Source of the DNA: Halorutilales archaeon Cl-col2-1
GTDB taxonomy: Archaea; Halobacteriota; Halobacteria; Halobacteriales; Afararchaeaceae
Assembly (NCBI GenBank): GCA_041891055.1
Contig: CP169074.1
Coordinates: forward strand, 1,696,001 to 1,760,000
Direction of reading: 5' to 3'
Length of the DNA stretch: 64,000 nucleotides
Part shown: piece after piece, positions 58,468 to 64,000 of the stretch
Layout: each line of letters begins with the position of its first letter
Numbering within the stretch: the first letter of the stretch is position 1
The notes under the pieces: model-generated
Told to the model about the DNA's origin: nothing
The model's database searches: none
What the model saw: the letters and a program-made list of their open reading frames with translations, nothing else
Translations under genes and position numbers: made by a program

Positions 58468-59730
58468 TCACGTCCCGTGGCTCCAAGACTCCATGTACTC
58501 CTCCTGTTCGTCCGTGAGGCTGTCTATCTCGATTCCGAGAGAGTCGAGTTTGGTCTCGGCTAGCTCCCTGTCGACAGAGTCGGGTACCTCGTGGACTCCC
58601 GCGTCTAAGTCCTCACCGTTCTCTATGAGGTACTCGACCGACCTCGCCTGTACGCCGAACGACTGATCCATGACCTCTATGGGATGTCCCAAGCTCACAG
58701 GAGTCGCGAGGTTGACGAGACGTCCCTCGGCGAGTACGTTTATACGTCGTCCGTCCTCGGTCTCGTACTCGACTATCCCGTCACGTACCTCGCGCGTTCC
58801 GACCGAGATCTCTTCGAGCTTTTCGAGGTCTATCTCTATGTCGAAATGACCCGCGTTCGCGAGTACGGCTCCGTCTTTCATCTTCTCGAAGTGTTCCTCG
58901 ACTATCACGTCTCTGTTTCCGGTGACTGTCACGAATATGTCGCCGATCTCCGCCGCCTCGTCCATGCTCTTGACATCGTAGCCCTCCATGTGGGCTTCGA
59001 GTGCTCGTCTCGGGTCGACCTCGGTGACTATGACGTTGGCGTTGAGACCCTCCGCCTTCTTCGCGACGCCCTTGCCGCAGTTTCCGTATCCACCCACGAC
59101 GACGTTCTTACCCGCGAATAGGAGATTGGTCGTCATAGCTATGCTCGACAGAGAAGCCTCGCCCGTTCCGTGGACGTTGTCGAACTGTCTCTTCATCGGC
59201 GTGTCGTTGACCGCAAACATCGGGTAGTTGAGAGCGCCGTCTTCCTCCATCGCGCGGAGACGGTGGACTCCCGTCGTCGTCTCCTCACAGCCTCCTATAA
59301 TCGAGTCTATCATCTCGGGACGCTCCTCGTGGACGCGTAGAACGAGGTCGCCGCCGTCATCTACCGTGATGTCGGGGTCATGGTCTAGGACGGCGTCTAT
59401 CGCGTCGTAGTACTCGTCCTTGTCGACTCCGTGCTTGGCGTAGCTCGTGACGTTGTCGTTGGCATCGAGTGCCGCCGAGACGTCGTCGTGTGTCGAGAGT
59501 GGGTTACAGCCCGTGATTGCGACCTCAGCACCTCCCTCGGCTAAGAGCTCCGCGAGGACTGCTGTCTTCGCCTCGACGTGGAGTGCCATCCCTACGACGT
59601 AGCCGTCGAGCGGCTTCTCGTCCTCGAAACGGCTGCGTATCTCAGAGAGTATAGGCATGTGTTCGCGCGCCCAGTCGATCTTACGCCTTCCCGACTCACG
59701 ATCGGAGTCGGCGTGTATGTCTTCGTCCAT
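58468..59730 (-). CDS. ahcY: Adenosylhomocysteinase
   Basis: [51 protein letters not shown]. Confidence 0.96.
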   Translation of the reverse strand: MDEDIHADSDRESGRRKIDWAREHMPILSEIRSRFEDEKPLDGYVVGMALHVEAKTAVLAELLAEGGAEVAITGCNPLSTHDDVSAALDANDNVTSYAKHGVDKDEYYDAIDAVLDHDPDITVDDGGDLVLRVHEERPEMIDSIIGGCEETTTGVHRLRAMEEDGALNYPMFAVNDTPMKRQFDNVHGTGEASLSSIAMTTNLLFAGKNVVVGGYGNCGKGVAKKAEGLNANVIVTEVDPRRALEAHMEGYDVKSMDEAAEIGDIFVTVTGNRDVIVEEHFEKMKDGAVLANAGHFDIEIDLEKLEEISVGTREVRDGIVEYETEDGRRINVLAEGRLVNLATPVSLGHPIEVMDQSFGVQARSVEYLIENGEDLDAGVHEVPDSVDRELAETKLDSLGIEIDSLTDEQEEYMESWSHGT

Positions 59731-59830
59731 GTCTCTAACTGGCTCTCAGCGGTGTAAATCCTTCCGGTCACTCACTCCCTGAGCATCAGCATCAAAAATG
59801 TGTTATACTACCCCACCGTCTGTATATGAC

Positions 59831-60292
59831 ATGTCTCGGAAGACAGCCTTAGTTACGGTCGGTCTTCTCGTAGCATCGTTGGCGTTCGCGGGAGCCGCGG
59901 GCGCTAAGACGACAGGAGCGGGTGTCTCTAACGGGGTTCTCCCACAGCAGGACAACACCACGGAGAACCTCGTCGACCAGCTTCAGGAGCTCAACAGGAC
60001 ACTAAACCAGCTTCAGGACGAGAACGAGAGACTCAGAAACCAGACACAGGAGCTGAGCCAGAGAAACGACGAGCTTGAACAGAGGCTCAACAACGTAACT
60101 ACCCAGAACGACCAGCTACGCGGTGAGCTAGAGTCGGAGCGTGAGAGGAACCAAGAGCTTCAGAGCGAGCTTAACAACACGACTTCGAACGGAGGCGGCA
60201 GCCCCCTCCCCGGATTCGGTCCCGTAGTCGCCCTCGTAGCCCTCGTGGGAGCGGGTCTCTACTCGGTCGCGCGACGCCAGACACAGAAGTAG
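59831..60292 (+). CDS. Secreted coiled-coil protein with PGF-CTERM archaeosortase signal
   Basis: Signal peptide, N/Q/E-rich heptads, several N-x-T sequons, LPGFG + TM helix + RR. Confidence 0.85.
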   Translation: MSRKTALVTVGLLVASLAFAGAAGAKTTGAGVSNGVLPQQDNTTENLVDQLQELNRTLNQLQDENERLRNQTQELSQRNDELEQRLNNVTTQNDQLRGELESERERNQELQSELNNTTSNGGGSPLPGFGPVVALVALVGAGLYSVARRQTQK

Positions 60293-60299
60293 GGTAGAA

Positions 60300-60333
60300 A
60301 ACTGTTTTCTTAGTTCCGTTTCGTTTCGTTTTT
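60300..60333. terminator. Probable T-rich terminator region between convergent genes
   Basis: gttttcttagttccgtttcgtttcgtttttc immediately after the PGF-CTERM gene stop. Confidence 0.45.
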
Positions 60334-61229
60334 CACCAGATCTTCTCGTAGCCGTCGGCATCGACGACGACGTGGTCGGACTCCAGAAATACGTCGTCTT
60401 TCCTTACTTTACCCACACAGACAGCCTCGCCGTCTCCCGAAACAGCCACGGCTGTGTCACCGTTGTCTACTTCCTGACTCACGGTCACGACACCCGGCTC
60501 GTAGACGGGGGCACCGTGTGCAACCGCGGCGACGGCTTCGTCGGTGATCTCTATTACGGGATACTTCTCGAGAAGAACGTCTTCGAGAGGCTCCACTATC
60601 CGGCGTAGCTCCGTCTCGTCGCCCTCCTCGCGCCAGAGATGGAGAGCGTCGGAGAGATCCTGGAGGTAGACGGCGGCTTCGACGCAGAAGCCGCCGCTCG
60701 CAGTCCTTCTGAGCTCCTCCATGTGCCCTCCGGTTCCGAGAGCCAAGCCGATGTCGTGACACAGCTTACGTATGTAGGTTCCCGCGCCGCATCTCACCCT
60801 TCCGAGGACACGTCGTTCGCCTGCGCCTCCGTCGATGTCTGTCTCAAGTACATCGAGAGACTCTATCTCGCGCGTCCTGACACGTCGTCTCACGGAGCTT
60901 TTCTTCGGCGGTCGCTGGTATATCTCGCCCTCGAACTCGTCGAAGACCTCGCGGATGCGTTTCTCGTAAGTATCACCGTGAAGATTCAGAACGAAGACGT
61001 ACTCCTTGTCGGCACCCCTGAAGATACCCGAGATGCGCGCCGACTTGCCTAGGAGTACAGGAAGACAGCCTGTAACTGCAGGATCAAGAGTTCCCGTGTG
61101 TGCCGCCTTCCCGACGCCTGTCATTTCCTTGACCCACGAGACGACTTCGTGGCTCGTCGGACCCGGCGGCTTGTCCAGAATGACGTAGCCCTTACCGAGA
61201 AGGTCTTCAGGATCAGGAGTCTTCTTCAT
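60333..61229 (-). CDS. cbf5: H/ACA RNA-guided pseudouridine synthase Cbf5
   Basis: LDKPPGPTSHEV, HTGTLDPAVTG, KEY, GTYIRKLCHDIG, PUA domain. Confidence 0.93.
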   Translation of the reverse strand: MKKTPDPEDLLGKGYVILDKPPGPTSHEVVSWVKEMTGVGKAAHTGTLDPAVTGCLPVLLGKSARISGIFRGADKEYVFVLNLHGDTYEKRIREVFDEFEGEIYQRPPKKSSVRRRVRTREIESLDVLETDIDGGAGERRVLGRVRCGAGTYIRKLCHDIGLALGTGGHMEELRRTASGGFCVEAAVYLQDLSDALHLWREEGDETELRRIVEPLEDVLLEKYPVIEITDEAVAAVAHGAPVYEPGVVTVSQEVDNGDTAVAVSGDGEAVCVGKVRKDDVFLESDHVVVDADGYEKIW

Positions 61230-61749
61230 CGAGCCTTCTCGCCGCTGTCGCGATTATCTCCGTGACGTTCTCGGCGTTCCATTTCGATGTGTCGATCACG
61301 ATGTCGTAGACCGAGAGATCTGAGATATCGATGCCGTGGATCTCCTCGTAACGTTTCGCCTCCGACTCCTCTCTCTGTCGCAACTCCTCCCTCGCTGTCT
61401 CCGTGTCAACCTCCTCCCTGTCGGAGACACGTCTGACCCTCTCGTCGAAGGGAGCCTTGAGCCAGACCTTGAGGTCGGCGTCCTCGACCATCCAGCCCGA
61501 GAGACGTCCTTCGAGGATTATGTTGTCGCGCTCCCTTCCTATCTCCTTCTGTCTCAGATCTATCTCCTTGTCTATCTCGGGGTCTTCCTCGGCGATCTGG
61601 TTGAACTCTCCGAGTGAGACGCCGTGCTCCTTTGCGAGAGAACGGAAGACGTCGCCGCTTGAGACGTGATCCATGTCGAATACCGGAGCCAGAGCGCGTG
61701 ACGCGGTCGTGGTTCCGCTTCCGGGTGGGCCGCTGACTGTTATTATCAT
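61213..61749 (-). CDS. cmk: Cytidylate kinase (archaeal type)
   Basis: ITVSGPPGSGTTT, SGDVFR, EGRLSGW, YDIVIDT. Confidence 0.94.
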   Translation of the reverse strand: MIITVSGPPGSGTTTASRALAPVFDMDHVSSGDVFRSLAKEHGVSLGEFNQIAEEDPEIDKEIDLRQKEIGRERDNIILEGRLSGWMVEDADLKVWLKAPFDERVRRVSDREEVDTETAREELRQREESEAKRYEEIHGIDISDLSVYDIVIDTSKWNAENVTEIIATAARRLDEEDS

Positions 61750-61770
61750 GTACTGTCTTCGGCGGTTTTC

Positions 61771-62427
61771 CTAATCAAATCTTGTGTTTTGCTCGGCTTC
61801 TCCCCCAGAGGGTCTCATCCAGAGCCAAGCAGCGCCGACCGAGACCCCCGTGAGGACGACTGTCGCCGCGGGAAGTACGAGACCCGGGTCGTAACGGAGA
61901 GGAGGATGTAGACCAGCGGCGTAGTCGACTAAGTCGTTGAGGAGGAGTAGAACTGTCGAGGTCACGAGAGCACCCCGTGTCGCCTCCGAGTAAGCCGAAA
62001 GGACGTAAGCCTCGGGTAGGAAGAGGAGATGTGTCGCCATTATTCCCCAGTAGTTCCAGACCTCGGGGTAGTACTCGCCGAATCCGAGATTTAACGCCAC
62101 GACGGTCCAGACGGAGTACTTGACGAGCCAGACGACCGCGACTGTGTGTAGGTACGTCACTGCTGTGTTGGTCTCTGTCTCTGTCGCGTCGAAGTCCTCG
62201 CTGGCTCTCGGGAGTAGTGTGGTGAGACTCAGGAGGGCTAAGAAGAGAGCCGCGGGTGAGTCGAGGTAGAATATCCACGCGAACGGTGAGTAGTCAGGCA
62301 TCGTCTCGACGTAGAAGTCGACGCCTATCAGGAGGGCGACGAAGTTACTGAGTATGAGCCAGACGAGCGTGAGAGGCTTCGACATGAGTCTCCGAGCGTA
62401 GACGTGTTTCCGATCTGTGGGTTTCAT
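61771..62427 (-). CDS. DUF1405-family membrane protein
   Basis: DSPAAL, LVKYSVWT, NDLVDY..GLHP; start at ATG 62427 is inferred. Confidence 0.75.
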   Translation of the reverse strand: MKPTDRKHVYARRLMSKPLTLVWLILSNFVALLIGVDFYVETMPDYSPFAWIFYLDSPAALFLALLSLTTLLPRASEDFDATETETNTAVTYLHTVAVVWLVKYSVWTVVALNLGFGEYYPEVWNYWGIMATHLLFLPEAYVLSAYSEATRGALVTSTVLLLLNDLVDYAAGLHPPLRYDPGLVLPAATVVLTGVSVGAAWLWMRPSGGEAEQNTRFD

Positions 62428-62526
62428 CCTAGAGTTTCGTAGTCGAGTCGGGGACGCCGGGACGAAAAGGCTTTCCACGTCAAACGAAAGAACAATCAGT
62501 TTACGCGGCTTAGAGACACCAACGAG

Positions 62527-63597
62527 ATGAAGATCGGAAACTTCGAAGCCGAACGCGGCGAGGTCTCTAAGGGCTACATAGACCTCGTTTCGTTCCCGAC
62601 CGGAGGAACTGAGAGAGCCCCCGTGATGGTCGCCAGGGGCGAGGAGGATGGGCCCGTCCTCTGGCTCACAGCGAACGTCCACGGAAATGAGGTCACTGGA
62701 ATACCTCTTATACACAGGATAGTCACAAATGAGATAGCCGAGTCGATACGTGGTGCAGTCGTCGGAGTTGTCTCGCTCAACCCGAGCGGTCTGAGGAGAA
62801 CGAGGAGAGAGTCGGAGTACGACTCACGTGATCCCAACCGTCTCTTCCCTGACTTCAGGTACGACAGAGAGCCGGGATCGACACAGGAGATCATAAACAG
62901 ACGTGTCTTCTCCGAGATAGCCGACTCAGCCGACGCGGTCATAGACCTACACTGTTCGAACGTCGGAAGCGTTCCCTTCACGATACTCCCGCGAGTTATC
63001 GCTGAGGAGTCGGAGATTGAAGAAGCAGAAGAGATCGCTGACGAGATGGAACGGATGGCTGATGCTTTCGGATTTACGCCAATCAACTCTCCCGGGATGG
63101 AGACTGTCTGGGAGGAGTGTCTACACAGGTCGCTTGGGGGATCCGTCGTCAACTCCGCTAAAATACCTTCGATCACAGTCGAACTCGGCTCCGACTACAT
63201 AGTCGAGTCCGAGGTCGTCGACGCCGCTGTCAAGGGCGTCAGAAACGTGATGAGAACCCTCGATATGTTCGTCGACGACGAGGAGAACCAGAGGACTGAG
63301 CCCGTCTCGGGTATACCCCGGTTCAACCCCAACTACGACTTCAGGAGATGCACTGTCGAGTCTCCTGTCTCGGGAATTCTCAGAAAACGCGTCGAGACGG
63401 GAGAGTTCGTCGAGGAGGGCGATCCAATCTGTGAGATAACCGACCCGTTCGGCGAGACCAAACACGTCATAGAGGCGGAGGTCGACGGCTGGGTCACCGC
63501 ATTCCAGCTCGGCTTAGGTGTCGAGGAGGGGTCGAGGATCTGTTACTACGCCGGACGCGCCGACGGCGACACGATAGTCGAGACTTATGAGCCCTGA
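62527..63597 (+). CDS. Succinylglutamate desuccinylase/aspartoacylase (M14-like) protein
   Basis: HGNE, DPNRLFP, IDLH, TVELG, C-terminal hybrid-motif domain. Confidence 0.88.
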   Translation: MKIGNFEAERGEVSKGYIDLVSFPTGGTERAPVMVARGEEDGPVLWLTANVHGNEVTGIPLIHRIVTNEIAESIRGAVVGVVSLNPSGLRRTRRESEYDSRDPNRLFPDFRYDREPGSTQEIINRRVFSEIADSADAVIDLHCSNVGSVPFTILPRVIAEESEIEEAEEIADEMERMADAFGFTPINSPGMETVWEECLHRSLGGSVVNSAKIPSITVELGSDYIVESEVVDAAVKGVRNVMRTLDMFVDDEENQRTEPVSGIPRFNPNYDFRRCTVESPVSGILRKRVETGEFVEEGDPICEITDPFGETKHVIEAEVDGWVTAFQLGLGVEEGSRICYYAGRADGDTIVETYEP

Positions 63598-63889
63598 TTA
63601 CGAGGCAGACGCCGACAGATTCGTTGACGAGGCGAGTTCGACGTCTTTCGGGGACAAGACACGGAAGGAGACGAAGCTCTGGTTCTTCCGTCTCAAGAAG
63701 TATCTGTCGGAGAGGTACGAGATAGAGGTCGAGAGTCGGAGTGACACAGACTACGTCGTGAGTCTTACAGCCGAGGACAGTGGTACTAAGGCAGAGTACG
63801 TCGTCGACAGGAGAGGCGACGAGGTCGAGGCCAACGCACATCTCGTCGTCGAGGACGAACCCGTTATACATGAGGTCTGGAAGGAGTGA
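63587..63889 (+). CDS. Hypothetical protein
   Basis: Acidic ORF overlapping the upstream stop. Confidence 0.65.
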   Translation: MSPDYEADADRFVDEASSTSFGDKTRKETKLWFFRLKKYLSERYEIEVESRSDTDYVVSLTAEDSGTKAEYVVDRRGDEVEANAHLVVEDEPVIHEVWKE

Positions 63890-64000
63890 GTCTCTACTAC
63901 TTCGACGGGCGCGAACTCGTCGCCGACGACAGGGAGAGCTACGACGAGGTCAGCCGTGAGATAGCTTCGAGGGTCGTCGAGTCGCGCGATGTCGAAAGCG
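63886..64000 (+). CDS. 5' end of a hypothetical protein (truncated)
   Basis: GTG overlapping the previous TGA; frame open to the window end (VSLYYFDGRELVADD...). Confidence 0.5.
   Translation, partial: MSLYYFDGRELVADDRESYDEVSREIASRVVESRDVES

Overview
This is a GC-rich (roughly 60% by eye), acidic-proteome chromosomal segment of an extremely halophilic archaeon. The gene content suggests a deep-branching Halobacteria-type lineage, but that placement is inference. It is mostly housekeeping: cbiA, xseAB, thyX, an intein-containing RFC small subunit, ileS, mptE, map, hel308-cgi121, tiaS, yhbY, alba, SRP RNA, menF-D-B-A-C-E, pccB, amzA, panD, ppsA, metG, ahcY, cbf5 and cmk. It also carries a heme-copper oxidase operon with a FixI/CcoI-type Cu ATPase and a small accessory block (about 24.0-28.7 kb) holding a membrane sensor kinase pair and a type II restriction-modification pair. 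Three signals stand out. (1) A family of short triloop double-hairpin elements is inserted in frame in hel308 (nested or chimeric copy) and metG, with a similar intergenic element. (2) An A-family oxidase appears to have lost the K proton channel in both subunit I and subunit II. (3) GGCC is extremely depleted across the window, matching an NgoPII-like nuclease and its adjacent amino-methyltransferase. No tRNA, rRNA, CRISPR array or transposase was recognised.
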